DNA from: Camelus ferus
Lineage: Eukaryota
Direction of reading: 5' to 3'
DNA: 64,000 nucleotides
NCBI RefSeq assembly: GCF_009834535.1
Contig: NC_045696.1
Span: 55,616,001 to 55,680,000, forward strand
Part shown: positions 1 to 12,970 of the stretch, piece after piece
Layout of the letters: the number at the start of each line of letters is the position of its first letter
Numbering within the stretch: position 1 is the first letter of the stretch
Translations under genes and position numbers: made by a program
Notes under the pieces: model-generated
What the model was told of the DNA's origin: nothing
Seen by the model: the letters and a program-made list of their open reading frames with translations, nothing else
The model's database searches: none

Positions 1-374
1 TTTTAATGAAATTAAGAAAACATGAGAAATGCAATAGCAAGATCCAACTTTGTTTAAATGAAAATTATTTGTACCAGGTGTAGAATTGGTATTTTGAAAA
101 ATGTTTACATCAAATAAAGAATTGCTCTGCCTGTTTTTGCAGAATGTTGATTGAAAGGGATGATGCACAAAAGGAATATTTTGCCAGTTCCAAAGCAATG
201 GCAGTTGCTGAGGGTAGATGCGGTAATTATACATCCACATTCCTTACTCAGTGGTCATGTGGAACAGTCGTAATAAAATGTTAGATTGGTGATTTGGGCA
301 GAAGATAGTTTACATACAGGTGGGTTTTGAAAGTGTTTCCAGCCTGATAAGAATGATATGATGATGATGAAAAC

Positions 375-590
375 TAACATTTATTGAGTACTTATCTGCC
401 CTGACACTTCTGCAAGTGCCATACAGATATTAACGCATTTAACGCTCAGAGGGTGGTGCCACTATAATCCCTATTTTACAGATGAGGAACCGAGGTACAG
501 AGATGCTAATAAGTGCCTAGCCCAAGGCAATGCAGCTAGTATGTGGAAGAGTCAGGATTCAAATGCTAGCAGCCTGGCTCCAGACTTTAA
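375..590 (-). mobile_element. MIR
   Basis: aacatttattgag...attttacagatgaggaaccgagg...ggattcaaa core. Confidence 0.75.
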
Positions 591-1019
591 GCCAAGAAAG
601 AGCTTGGTAATAATCTCCCGAAGCCCTAAAGAGAATCCTCATACAGAAAAGGACGTGGGAGGGCTATACAGATTATTTCGCAGAGTCGTTCAAAGCAATC
701 CTCATTTAGCTGTTCAGCAACACTGTTTTGGTATTGTTTTGATCAGTCATATTCAGACTGCTAGAAAAATTAAATTTATTGCTTGTAATTACAATATGCA
801 ACATAATTATAACTCTCAGGAGTAATAAAATGATTTTAATATTTCAGCCTTGGAACTAGCCCATGTAGACATATCTTGACTGGATTGTAATCTTATACAA
901 ACTGTATCATCTCTTTGAAAGGGACAAAAAAGGTTGTTTGCCATTAGATAATTGGTTTATTTCACAGCCATGCTATTTTCCCTCTCACATAGAACATTCT
1001 AGTAATGAGGGGCCTCTAT

Positions 1020-3130
1020 GCTCCTTTTGACGACCTTTGTCATGCCCTCCCTTACAGTCCTTGGCCTCATCACCTCCTCTACCCACCAGCTACACCACAA
1101 TGACAAACTCGCTGTCACTCAATTCGGCACCACGTTCCTGCATCCTGAACCTCCTCTCTCTGTCTTGGACTCCCTGTGCTCCTGCTTTCTCAGTCTCACT
1201 CATTCTTCACCCTCAACACAATCTCTTATCTACTCAGCTTTCCTAATTCTCCCTGCCCTGGTCTTGCTGGTTGCCACATGCCACCATTCTCTCCGAGTGA
1301 CAGGTCCTGCAAATTCTCTTATAGCAATCCTTTTCCACAAAGCAAAGTATGCCACCCCAGTACCTCATATACTTTACTTCTAGGATTGCAGTAAGATATT
1401 GAAATATATTATAATTATTTGTTTGCAAGTCTGTTTTTTTATGAGCTTCCTTGAGGGCCATGCATCATTCAATTCTGGATCTTCAGTTCGTAGCACAATG
1501 CCTGGCATAAAGCAGGCATCGATGTGTTTGGTGGTTGGGCAGATGAAGAGGTGAATGACTCTTTTTCACACCCATATCATAGCTTTGGATGATCTACAAT
1601 GCACAAAGGAAGGCTAACAAAATTAGAAAAGTCGTCATAAGTGCAGTAATAAGAGAAATCTACCAGAATGTCACGTAGTGTGTCAGATGCAAATATATAC
1701 ATTTGTACGTCATGGTTCATCTGCCCCCAACATGCTGTGTGCAAATTCTGATCACTACAGCTCAAGAGCATTTTGATGGGACTAAGGCAGGTCAAGGGAA
1801 GCCCCACTACAATGACAGAAAGGCATCATGAAAGGCACAAAATGAGAAGAGGTGAAAAAATAGGGGCTTTTGTCTGTGAGCTCCAGGAGGGCAGGACCCA
1901 CTCTTGCCTTATCACAGCGGAGTGCCTGGCCCAGTGCCGGGCACCTGGCGTGAGTGGGCTTTTATACATATTACTGGACAAAAAACCAGCTCCCAGGATT
2001 GTCAGGAGGATCAAGTGAGAAATGGATGTGGGAGGGTTTGTGAACCATCCAGTGCCACCAATAATATTGTTGTAATGATTACTTTCCATCACGGCCCATT
2101 CATCCTAATTAGGTGCCTACTTTGTGCCAGGCTCTTGTTCTAGGTTCTAGAGAGTCAAAAACAGGCAAGATAAAATCCCTGCCCTCGTAGAGCTTGTGCT
2201 GTATAATATGGGAGGCAGACACAATTGAGTTACTAAACAAATACACAACAAATTCCAGGTCATGATAAATGCCATGAGCAGAAATAAATCAAGAGGAATA
2301 CATAGAAAATGATGAGGGAAAGGTATTTTTCTCTATGGCTGTCAGGAAAGAAAGGCTTTATTGAGAGGATATTTGCACAGAGTTCTGAATTAAGTGAGAA
2401 AAGGAGACCCTCACTTACAGAAGATTAAAGAAAAGAGTTCTGAACAAAGGAAGCAGCAAGTGCAAAGGGCTCTGAGGTGGGGGCCCTTTGCTTTTTGGTC
2501 ATCAGTATGGCCAGGCAGGAACATGTGAAGGAAGAGTGGAAAGCAAGCATGAATTTAGATTTAATAAGTCTGAAGCTTATTAAATTGGTGGGGAGGGGGT
2601 TCTCCTTAGGAAAAACAATCTAACACATGCCTACAAAATTAGGTACAGAGCTTTGGAATGGTCTTGCAAACAAACAGCCCTGAGCCTAAGCTCATTAGCT
2701 TTATAGTGAAACAGCCTCTGGTAGTGGCGGCTGGGGTCACAGAGAGAGGCAGGCCCACATCCTACAGCGGCTGATGGGCCACTGTGAGGACGTACAATTT
2801 CATGTTAAGGGTGGTGGGAAGCCCATGGAGGGTTTTGAGCAGGAAGGTGATGTGATGTGACCTATGTTTTACGAGGCCCCTCTGGCCCTGTGTGAAGACT
2901 AGTCAGGTACCAAGAGTGGACTCAGGCCTCAGGGAAACCAGTTAGGAGGCGACTGTAGTCACCCTGGTTCAGGCCATGGCAGACCAAGGTGGCAGCAGGA
3001 AGTAACACGTGTTTGGATTTGAGATATGTTTAAAAAGTAGCCTCAGAAGGATTGACTTAAGAGGAAAACTGTCAAGGATAATTGTAAGATTTTTTTCATT
3101 ACAGCATCTAGGCAAGTGGAGGGGCCTGTC
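1020..3130. mobile_element. L2 relics (plus-oriented about 1020-1560; minus-oriented about 2100-3130)
   Basis: L2 3' motifs (gcacaatgcctggcata, ccctgccctcgtagagctt, ggagggttttgagcagg); boundaries approximate. Confidence 0.55.
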
Positions 3131-4066
3131 AGGGAGACGGGGAAGAGTAAGCGGGGCAGAAGTCAGGGCACACACAGCAGAGGCAGGGCGAGGAAGGGGG
3201 TTCACAAGTGGCTGGGACAGGGTTAGAGAGGATGGAACTTCAAGCGGCCCCCTGCAGACCCTGGGCAGGGCCTAAACTTTAAGGTCAGCCTTTCCAGCAC
3301 ATTTTCCTCTGGACCTGAGTGGTTCATGAAACCAGCCTGGCCGTTGCCTTTCCGAGGCATTCCTGTGATTCCCAGGGCTTTAGTAGAAGTCACTCAGATG
3401 GCAGGTCTAGCCCTATGTGTGTGTCACCCCAGCACTTTGCACAGAGACTGGAACAGAATTTGCCACATATAAAATGTGACCAGATTGTGGCATGTGTGAA
3501 TGGATGGCTCGATGAATAAAAAATGAGTTACTCTTTTGCACACACACAGTGGCTTTTCTAGGATCCTATGATGCTTTGTTGAAATATGATGTCAAAGGGG
3601 AATTTAGAAAGCATGGTATTGGGGTTCCTTTAATGATTACAAAATAAATTTTCATTCATTGGAAGCACTTTTATTAAAAAACAAATCAAAAAGTAACTCT
3701 GCCCTGCAAACAAATCACCAATAAAATCCTTTGGGAGAAGAAAAAAAAACCCTCAAATTTTATTGCAAATACTTTACATTTACTATATGAGAAAAATGTT
3801 ATGCTGAAATAGTAGCACCTTGGTTAGAGTGAATGCTAAAGATACAAATAAATGTGATACAGAATAGTTGTTCGGCAGGATTACTCCTGTTTCTTCAGTA
3901 GAGGACTGTTAACACCTGGCTGATCACAGGGCTGTAGAAATAGCTGGTTATGTTACACTGCACTTTGGAGTGGCATTGATTCAAATAACAATCAGCTTTC
4001 CCACCCATCTCTTACATCTTTTTTCTGGTCCCTCCCACACGGATGTGGAATTGCCCCTTTCTCCAG

Positions 4067-4150
4067 GGCTGCTATGAACTGATCTCTGGACCAATGAACC
4101 GACACGCCTGGGGGGTTGCATGGTTTGGATTTGCCATTCTCTGCTGGACT
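4067..4150 (+). CDS. UPK1B: Uroplakin-1b, penultimate coding exon (GCYELISGPMNRHAWGVAWFGFAILCWT)
   Basis: 84 nt, phase 0/0, acceptor ccctttctccag| and donor |gtgagt. The peptide is recognisable as the end of the large loop and start of TM4 of the tetraspanin UPK1B. Earlier exons lie left of the window. Confidence 0.96.
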
Positions 4151-4562
4151 GTGAGTATTTCCCATCACATGTTTTATTTCAGAGAGGATGGTGGTAGGAG
4201 AGAGCTTGAGATTGCCCTTGGTTAACCCAACCTCATTAGACTGTCTAGAAACAAAACCTCAGACCTGCAGGCTAGTCAGGAAGCTGCCGGCACCAGGGCA
4301 CAGACAGTGGATTCCCTCTGGAAGTGGGGCGGTATCTTCCCCTACCAACCAGATCCTTCTCTGCTGACGGGGGTGCACGTGCGTGCTCCTCCATCCTCCG
4401 GATCTCGTTTATTCATTACAAGTAGATATCAGGGACTGTCATCTATCTTTATGGTTCCTGTCCAACTCTCACCTGCCTCCCTCCTCCCAAAGAGCTGCCT
4501 CCATCAGTCTCACCCTGCCCTGTCGCCCGCTTTATCTGATGCACTTGCAGCAAGAGGGTAGA

Positions 4563-5605
4563 ATGGTGATTCTTAACCCTAAATGCACATTACAACCTCA
4601 TGGGGGAGCTTGTGGGGAGTGGGGAGCATACCTGAACCACACCCTCCCAGACTCAGATTTCAGCTGATCTAGGGGCAGGACCCAGGCCTTTTTTTTTTCC
4701 TTTTTAAAGAAATTTTCCAGATGATTCTCATTTGCTGTCAGGATTAAGAGCCATTGCATTCAGGAAACAGTCCCCCAATTTTAGTTTCAGAACCCCTTTA
4801 CTCTCTCAAAAATTTTTGAGGATTCCAAAAAGCTTTTGTCTCTGGAAGCTATATCTATTGACATTTACTTTATTGGAAACTAACACAGAATTTTTAAAAA
4901 TACTTGTTAATTCATTTAAAATAATAACAAACCAATTACGTGTTACTAATAACAATGTATTTCTGTGGGGAAAAGTGACTATTTTTCCAAACAAAAAAAT
5001 AGTGAGAAAAGTGGCTTTTTTTTTTTTTTTTTACATTTTTGGAATTCCCTTCAATGTCTGGCTTTAACAGAAGGCAGCTGGGTTCCCATACTTCATCTTT
5101 ATTTAATCTGTTGTAATACGTTGCTTAGGTTGAAGGATTTGAAGAAAATCCACCCTCTACATGGCTATGTCATTGAAAAAAAAACAGGAATGTTTTGGTA
5201 GCCTTATCAAAAACTAATTGGAGGAGGGAGGGTATAGCTCAGTGGCAGAGTGCATACCTAGCATGCACAACGTCCTGGGTTCCATTCCCAGTGCCTCTGT
5301 TTAAAAAACTAAAAATAAAAACAAATAAATAAACTTAAAATTACCCTCCCCATTAATAATAATAATAATAAGTAATTGTGAATATTCTTCTTTGGTACCA
5401 CATAAAACTTGACAAGTAGTTTTTTAAAAATGAGTTGCAATAAGGAGTGTGAAATGTCGAAGAACTTTTCGGACTCTATTACATTAAAATGCACTACATT
5501 GGCTTGTCTTGCCATTTGCATAAATCTTTCACCCATCCATGATTTTAGAATATCTAGAACATCTAGACCAATGAACACCGGTCATTTAGGAGAATACTGA
5601 TTCAC
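4563..5605. mobile_element. MER5A-like MITE (about 4563-4753) followed by a hAT-Charlie relic (about 4769-5605) in the last UPK1B intron
   Basis: MER5 motifs (tcttaaccct, gatgattct, ttaagagccattg) and Charlie-like internal sequence, split by a SINE. Confidence 0.6.
5221..5370 (+). mobile_element. tRNA-derived camelid SINE (vic-1 type)
   Basis: gggagggtatagctcagtggcagag (A box) ... gggttccattccc (B box), A-rich linker, ttaccctcccc tail, approximate TSD aa(c/g)taattg; interrupts an older DNA transposon. Confidence 0.85.
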
Positions 5606-5791
5606 TGTGTGTCAGGATGGACTCAGTGTCACCTCTGCCCCTGTGACGATGCTTAAGGCGTGATTACTCTCAAAAATCCAGTGTCACCTAACCTGAATGA
5701 ACCTAACGTCATTTCTTTCCCCAAGTATGAGATGTTTCTAAAACAAGTCCTTATTTACTTTTCTTTGTTTTTCTTTTCCTTTGTATTCTAG

Positions 5792-5842
5792 TTTTGGGTT
5801 CTCCTGGGTACCATGTTCTACTGGAGCAGAATTGAATACTAA
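5792..5842 (+). CDS. UPK1B: Uroplakin-1b, last coding exon (FWVLLGTMFYWSRIEY*)
   Basis: Long polypyrimidine tract plus tag acceptor at 5790-5791; 51 nt ending in TAA at 5840-5842; recognisable UPK1B C-terminus; in frame with 4067-4150. Confidence 0.96.
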   Translation, partial: FWVLLGTMFYWSRIEY

Positions 5843-5843
5843 G

Positions 5844-7353
5844 AATAAAGTGTAACCACCGTATGTACCTCCCCCTGGTGATTCTGGATTTGGTGCTGGA
5901 GCCGCTCTCTGCTAATATTCCACCTGTGTGCTCCCCAGGAACACATGCGTTCTTCCTCACATTGCCAAGTCAGCTGGTATGGAGTTCCTCTAGGCCCTTA
6001 CGCTCCTGAAATTCTCACCCCTGCTGTTTTTAGGAAAGAGAGAATTTAGGATAATAGATAATAACTATTCCTGTCCCTGTTTATTTTTAATTTGGGGAAT
6101 AAAGACCTTCACAGGAAACTGTGTTATCCCAGCAAGCAAGTTTGTACCGAGACAGCAAATCTGCCTGTGTTTCTCACTGCTTTCTAAAAGAAACCATCAA
6201 AGGCTCTCATTCATCTCAGGTGAGAGAACTAAGGAAAAGATTGCTGAAATGTAACTTTGCCTTTGTCCTATAGTGGCTCCCATCTACATAGACTCAAGTG
6301 ATTCTTTTAATGCCACCTTGGGATCCTTTTATTCTCCAGGAGAATGCCCAATCTTGAGCTGACAATGGTTGAATTTCCTCTTAGATATTGCAGAGTGATA
6401 TGTGTTTAGTAACCTCAATTCCTCTTTACAATTAATTAGTAACCTCTACTGATTAAAAGTACGTGACCAGTTTGAATGGCCATCATTAAAAAGTCCACAA
6501 GCGATAAACACTGGAGAAAAGGGAGCCCCCCTACACCGCTTGTGGGAATGTAAATTGGTACAATCACTGTGGAAAACAGTATGGCGGTTCCTTTAAAAAC
6601 TAAACATAGAGTTACCATATAATCCAGCACCCTAATCCCAGGCATATATCTGGAGAAAACTCCAGTTTGGAAAATATATATACCCCAATGTTCATAGCAG
6701 CCCTATTTACAATAGCCAAGACATGGAAGCAACCTAAACCTAATTGTCCATTGACAGATGATTGGATAAAAATGTTGTGGTACACACACACACACATACA
6801 CACACACATACACACACAATGGAATATTACTGAACCATAAAAAATGAAATCATGCCATTTGCAGCAACATGGATGACCTAGAGATTATCATACTAAGTGA
6901 AACAAGTCAGACAGAGACAGGCAAATATCACATGATATCACTTATATGTGGAATCTAAAAAGAATGAGACAAATGAAGTTATTTACAAAACAGAAACAGA
7001 TTCACAGACATAGAAAACAAAATTATGGTTACCAAAGGGGAAAGAGGGGAGGAATAAATTAGGAGTTTGGGATTAGCAGATACAAATTACTATATATAAA
7101 ATAGATAAACAAGGTCCTACTGTATAGCACAGGGAACTATATTCAACAGCTTGTCATAACCTATAATGAAAAAGAATATGAAAGAGAATATATTTGTATA
7201 ACTGAATCGCCATGCTGTACCCTAGAAACTAACACAACATTGTAAATCAACTATACTGCAAAAAAAAAAAAAAAAACCACTTCAGCCAACACAAAAAATA
7301 AAAATAAAAAAATAAAATGGGGAAATGCTAAGAAAAAATGAAATCTTAATAAA
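5844..7353 (+). terminator. UPK1B: UPK1B 3'UTR with candidate poly(A) signals
   Basis: AATAAA at 5844-5849, 6098-6103 and 7348-7353; ATTAAA at 6452-6457; further AATAAA hexamers in the A-rich tail at 7293-7316. Usage cannot be determined from sequence. Confidence 0.5.
6475..7276 (+). mobile_element. 5'-truncated L1 (ORF2 end, 3'UTR, poly(A)) downstream of the UPK1B stop
   Basis: Canonical L1 3' motifs (aatggccatcatt, atgttcatagcagc, ccatttgcagcaacatgg, gtatagcacagggaac) and an A17 tail; internal (CA)n. Confidence 0.9.
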
Positions 7354-9709
7354 GGATTTTTTTTAACAAAAGAATTATGTAAAGTTTTACATAAAGCAAA
7401 ATGTGATTTAAAACTAAAAGAAAATTTTGTCATATATGAATCTAGCAAAATGGGTGTTCCAACATGAGAGCTTAGTATACTCACTGGAATTAAAGTTTAG
7501 GAGATGGAAAATGCAACGAGGTGTGGTTTCCTGCTGGATACCAGGTAACCTTGCTGTACGGTTAAATGGTTGGAACTTCCAAGTTTACTTTAACTTTTTT
7601 GCTCCTGCTACACGTAGTCCAGAAGTGGGGGGAGAGGTGGAGGAAAGCATCTGACTCCAGCTGCTCAACTGTATCCTCTATGAGGAAAACGTACCTGTCA
7701 CCAGCAGACTCAGTCACATGGAGTAGCCGGATTCCATGCCTCCACCAGGTTCCTCCTGTGAGTTAGGCTGAGTCTGGGGCAGGGAGGAACCAGGAAGCGG
7801 GGTCGGGGGTGCCTCTGCTGCACACCTGGATGGTTAAGCTGGCGGCAGCAGCCTGATTCCTGATTCCCAGGACAGGGGGCCAAAGCATGTGTTCTGACAT
7901 GCAACCAGCTTGTTCCTTCCCTGCCTCATTTGCCTCTCCAGGACAGGGCTTGAGTGTCAAGACAAATGACACCTGCACTTGGCTGAGAAGTTTCTCTCTG
8001 TGGCCTTTTGGAAGAGGAGGAAGGGGAAGGAGCTTACTCTGGGCAAAGCTTTGAAACGCCTCTCTCCCGTCTCCCTTCCCATCCTCTCTCAGGTGTTCTG
8101 GTGCCTTTTTCTTCTGCTGCTAACTGAATTTTCCAGTTCCCCCATGCCTGAGCAAATCCTGTCCCAGAACCACTCCTGCCCTCCCCTCCAAGGCTTCAAA
8201 CTTCACAATTCTCTCTACCTACAAAATTCCATACTCTTTGTGATTTGATCTCAGCTAAGTTAAGGGAAAGCCTTTCTGCAAACTACTTCATACTAAGGGG
8301 TGAGTGGCAACTAGTCTCCACTCTTAATCTTCTCTGCAGATTTTTCCTTAATAACTGAAATTGACCCCAGTTGGTTGAAACCAATGCAGCAATGGGACCA
8401 GGAAAGAGCTACTGTGGAGCAACTTGGCCCACCTGCTGCTCATTAAATCTTACCACCTGCCTTCTCCAATAAGCAGTAACTAGAAAGAGAACAGGCCTGA
8501 AGTTGGCCACTGCCCCACCCCCCAACCCCTTCTCCAGCCAGCTTCCTACCAGGTAAGACCCTGAACCCAGGCACTCACTATATCCAGGCCCCCAGCAGTT
8601 GGGGAGGTTGGGGAGGACACACGTTTCAGCTGAGACAGACCCAGGCCTGCAGGGAGCACAGTTACTCAGGACTCCTGCACTTTCTGCTCAGGGGTCTTCA
8701 GTTTAACCTCAGGCCAGTTCCTGCTCTGCCCAGGTCTTGCTTCCATCCCCTCCACTTTCCCTGGAAGCCCAGCCTTCCCCCTCTTCCTTCTGGCTTCTGG
8801 GACTACAAGTGGGGCTCACAGAGGAGGCCCAAACCACTGCTCAGGGTGAGGCCCAGACCCAGCCTCACCACGGCCACCATCAGCCGCACCAGTCCGGGGA
8901 GGGGAAGGAGAGCAAGAGAGCCTGGCCCTGGCGCACCCAGACAACACCAGCTAGAGAGACTGCCCACTTCTCTGACAGGCCGTCCGCCTGTGTATCGGGT
9001 GGGCAAAGGGCCATTACTCCAACACCAAAGGTGTGTATGATTAACTCTGGGCTGGCTGACTGCAGCACCAGACGGGTCACCACGCTCCTTGGCTGGCTGT
9101 TTCCTTTCCTCCCCAGATTGCTGCCCCAGCCCCCGGCAGGCTGTTCACCCTGAACGTGAGGAGGCCCACTGCTCGTTTTTGTCAGCCCTGTGATTTTGTC
9201 CCCACATCAGCTGGAATAAACAGGGACTGCTCCTCTTCTAAGCAGCAGCTCCGGCTACCCATAAAGGGAAGAAGCAGCGATAACAGTCGTGGGAGTTTGA
9301 AAATCTAACCTCCTCTCACCGCCCCACCCCCACCCAGCCGACAGGCCAGGCTGTGGCTGAGGACTGGAAACAGCTGCTTTCTCATTTCTCTAGAATGAAC
9401 AACCTCCTTTCTCCTGTGTCTAGTTTCTCTTCCCTGCTTCACCTCACCCAGATTCTTATCACCTCCTATATGTGAGACTGAATCAAAGAAGAAACACAGC
9501 GGAGACTCAGTGTAAGCTCTTGAGTTTGCTTTCATGTGTGACATTTTTGCCATCAGCTGTGAGTGGCCACCTCCCATGAGGAGATGCAAAAGCATGTCGG
9601 AAAAAGATGTGTTGCTAAGAAATGCATAGTTCCCAGGCCCTTCTCCAACCCACCCTCCCCCTAGACGCCAACCAACTCCCCAAACACACACACCACCCAC
9701 CCGTACCTT

Positions 9710-10290
9710 TGAAAAAGACAAATAGCCAAATCCCAGGGTTAAAGAGAAACGGTGCCGTCATGCCCTACTTCCTAGCGGTCTCCGCCCTGAGTTCCTCTTG
9801 AAGAAAGGAAAAAGTAGCCTGGCAAGCACAACGGAGCCACGCTATTCTCCTGTCAGACGTAAACAATTCACAGAATACCAGCCTCCGATAAGGTCACATA
9901 AAATGAGGCCAAGCGAGGCCACGTCATAATTCTGTCCAAGCACAAAAACAAGGTCACCGTGCCACCCAAAATACCAAACACACCCCTTTGGGGCTAAATG
10001 ATGCTACGTGCTTACAACTACAGGTCTCTTCTCCTGCTAGTCCCTCCTCGTGGATAAATGTATTGAGACGCACCATCACAGAACTGTCCCTGCTCTCACA
10101 GCGTCCAAAACAGAGCACACTCGGCTGGCTTAGACCCTCCCCAGACCCAAATGCTGTGATAGACTCTGACTCCCTTCTCCTGAGACACCTTGAGGTTCCC
10201 CACGGTGTGTTCTCCAGAGCTCACCGCAATGAGTCAGCATCCCGACTTATATCTGCAGGTGTGTTCCTGGGCGTCTTTGGTTGAAGGGCA
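9710..10290 (+). mobile_element. Old solo LTR (ERVL MER54/MER74-like)
   Basis: Resembles MER54/MER74-type sequence (aagcacaaaaacaaggtcac, caggtgtgttcctgg..gtctttgg) from recollection; ends and subfamily uncertain. Confidence 0.55.
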
Positions 10291-12300
10291 CAGTCTCCAA
10301 ATAAACTCTGCCCATCCTTATTTCCTCTGTTTGTTGTATTTGTTGGTTTTTTCATTTGTTACCATGAAGCGGTTAAGAACATGAGCTTTGAAGTCAAAAC
10401 CCTGGCTCCAAATCCCAGTTCTGCATGACTTTGGTAAGTCAGCCTCTTGGAACCTGCTTCAGAAAAGCAGGTCTCACAGGGGACGGGGAGGATTCAGTAA
10501 GATACGTAAAGTGTGCATTAGAGCAGCTCACAGCCTGTAAGAGATACCAACAGGAAGTTATACCATAAGTCTGGTCTGAAGAACTCTGCTTGGCCTGTAA
10601 TCCCTGGGAACACGCCAACTACTGTCATGTTACTTCAATTTACTGCAATAAGCTTAATGAACAAGCTATACTGGTTCAAATTTACAGGCCCTCAAACAAT
10701 AGCTATGAGTAATAGCTTTTCAGCAAAACTTCTACTCAACAGTGGAAGAATGCACTAGGGCATCAGGATAAGGCACTTCAATGGATACATCTCAAGTTCT
10801 GTTTATTATTTCCAGAATCCTGGCTACAAATGCGATCTCTGCCCTTGCTGCCTTCACAGAGAAACCTTATAATCTCCTGACAATGTGATATTCTTGGGGG
10901 AGAAAACAAGACACTGGAGTCAAGAGACTGGAGTTTAAATCTTATCTCTTCCTTTAACCAGCTTTGGGAAGTTACTTAACTTGAATCTGTCTTTTCTTTG
11001 CAGGACTACATACATGACTATAGGACTATTGGAAAGTTAAAATTTAAAAAAAAAAAAAAGGAAAACTGAAATACAAAGCAAGCATTCAATTATGGTGCCC
11101 CATCCTTCACCAGTGTCTCCTCCAAGGCTCCAGCTCTCTCTCTCTCACACACACACACACATATACAAGATTCTATTTTATTCGAGGTTTTTCCACTTCA
11201 GCAGTTGTCAGTGGAACAATGGAGTCTAACCTGTACAGGTGTGTTCCCGGGGGGTGGAGACTGTCGGTCCCTCCTCTGTGAATTTCTTTGAGACCCATCA
11301 GGCCCTCTAAGTAGGTATAAGATAGTCTTCAGCATTCCGCAAACCAGTGAAGGTGGCAATAGCTTAAACATCTAAGGTACTAAGGAATAGACTTGAAAAA
11401 ATTTTTGGAATGTGATGGGTGAAAAAGAACTTGTGAAATGTTCCTGAGTATGCTCCATTTTGTGGGAACACACTCATGGCTTTTGAGACTGTATTATATG
11501 TAGGACTTGGGGAAAGTGGAGGTTATGAGTCTGCCAGAAAATGTCTTTCACCTCTCCCAAGACTCCATTCACAGAGCATCTGGGGTCCCCAGGAAACCCC
11601 ATAGGGGCTTGAGTGGAAGTGAGGGGGCAGAGGGCAGAAAAACCAGGGAGGGAGTCTGGAAAAAAGTTCAGAGACCAGATGAGAATGGAAGGCACTTTCA
11701 AGTCCAGAAGATACCAAATTTCTCTAGGAGCTAGGACAGGGGTGTAGAGTCAGGAAAACCTCCTTAAAGGAGAGAACCCAGATGAGGGCATCGTGGTGTA
11801 ATGGAACCTCCACCTCCTCTTCTACCCTGCTTATCTCAAGAGTCAACAGGATCAATAAAGTGTGTGTAAAAATGTCATAAACAGTAAAGCACTATAAAAA
11901 TGAGTGGTAGTATAAGTGAGAAAAAGTCAATAAAACCTTTAAAGTAGCACACTCTTCACGTTAAGTATTTGCAATGTTCAGACGGACGGCACCCACAGAA
12001 TCCTTAGCAACTGTAGAAGGTGTTATCTACGACACTCAGAAAGCTTGGCCTCTCTGTGGCAACTGACAACGGAAAACACACAGGGTGGGGAAAGGGGGAA
12101 GCTTTTGTAGCCAAACTGCCCAGCAGAGCAAGCAGGCGGCCACATGCCTCCTGCCAGTCACTGGGCTTCAGTACCTGGGGCAGGTACAGAGACACAGTGG
12201 GAAAACTTAGGTCTTAAAAAACTATCTTCCACCTCAAGAAGTTTCAGTGAGTCATTCAAACGACTTGTACGCAACCTTGGTTGAAAGAATTATCTGAAGA

Positions 12301-12467
12301 GGGGGAGGGTATTAGCAGTAGAGTGCATGCTTAGCATGCATAAGGTCTTGGGGTCAATCCCCAGTACCTCCACTAAAAAATAAAATTAAATCAAAAATTA
12401 TTTTAAAATATATAAAGAAACTTAATTACCTCCCCTCCACCCAAAAGAAACAAAAAAAATTTTTTTT
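12301..12467 (+). mobile_element. tRNA-derived camelid SINE (vic-1 type)
   Basis: Same head and tail; 16-bp TSD aagaat(t/g)atctgaaga at 12285-12300 and 12468-12483. Confidence 0.88.
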
Positions 12468-12777
12468 AAGAATGATCTGAAGAATTTCAATAGGCATAAG
12501 ACAGTGTTTTCTAACATTTAAAAAAAAAATGCAGATGCTTTGTTAATAGCTGAAAATACGGAGGGTGTTTCCACGTGGTAGTAACTACATTTTGTTTCCA
12601 CTGAGAAATCATTCTCAGTATGGATCCTCAAATTCCTTGCACACACTATTCTCTTCCTTTACCCTCCCCAACCATGAGCAGGGACCTGCAGCCTCCAAAC
12701 TGGAGGCCCCTGGCCTAGGCTGTTGGGAATCACAATAGTTCAGTCTGTATATGATTATAATCAAGAAAACTGGGATG

Positions 12778-12970
12778 TTTAACAGATACAAACTACATAC
12801 ATAAAATAGATAAGCAACAAGGACTTACTGTATAGCACAGGGATTTATACCCAATATTTTATAAAAACCTATAGTGAACATAATCTGCAAAAATCCCTGA
12901 ATCACTATACTGTACACTTGGGACTAACACAATATTATAAATCAACTATACTTCAATTTTTAAAAAAAGA
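12778..12970 (+). mobile_element. Short L1 3' fragment
   Basis: L1 3'UTR motifs; 15-bp TSD aagaaaa(c/t)tgggatg at 12763-12777 and 12971-12985. Confidence 0.85.

Noticed and set aside
8340..9153. Acceptor/donor pair (8340-8552) and a 138-aa ORF between UPK1B and B4GALT4
   Set aside because: No recognisable protein, no ATG start and no partner exons; such motifs arise by chance.
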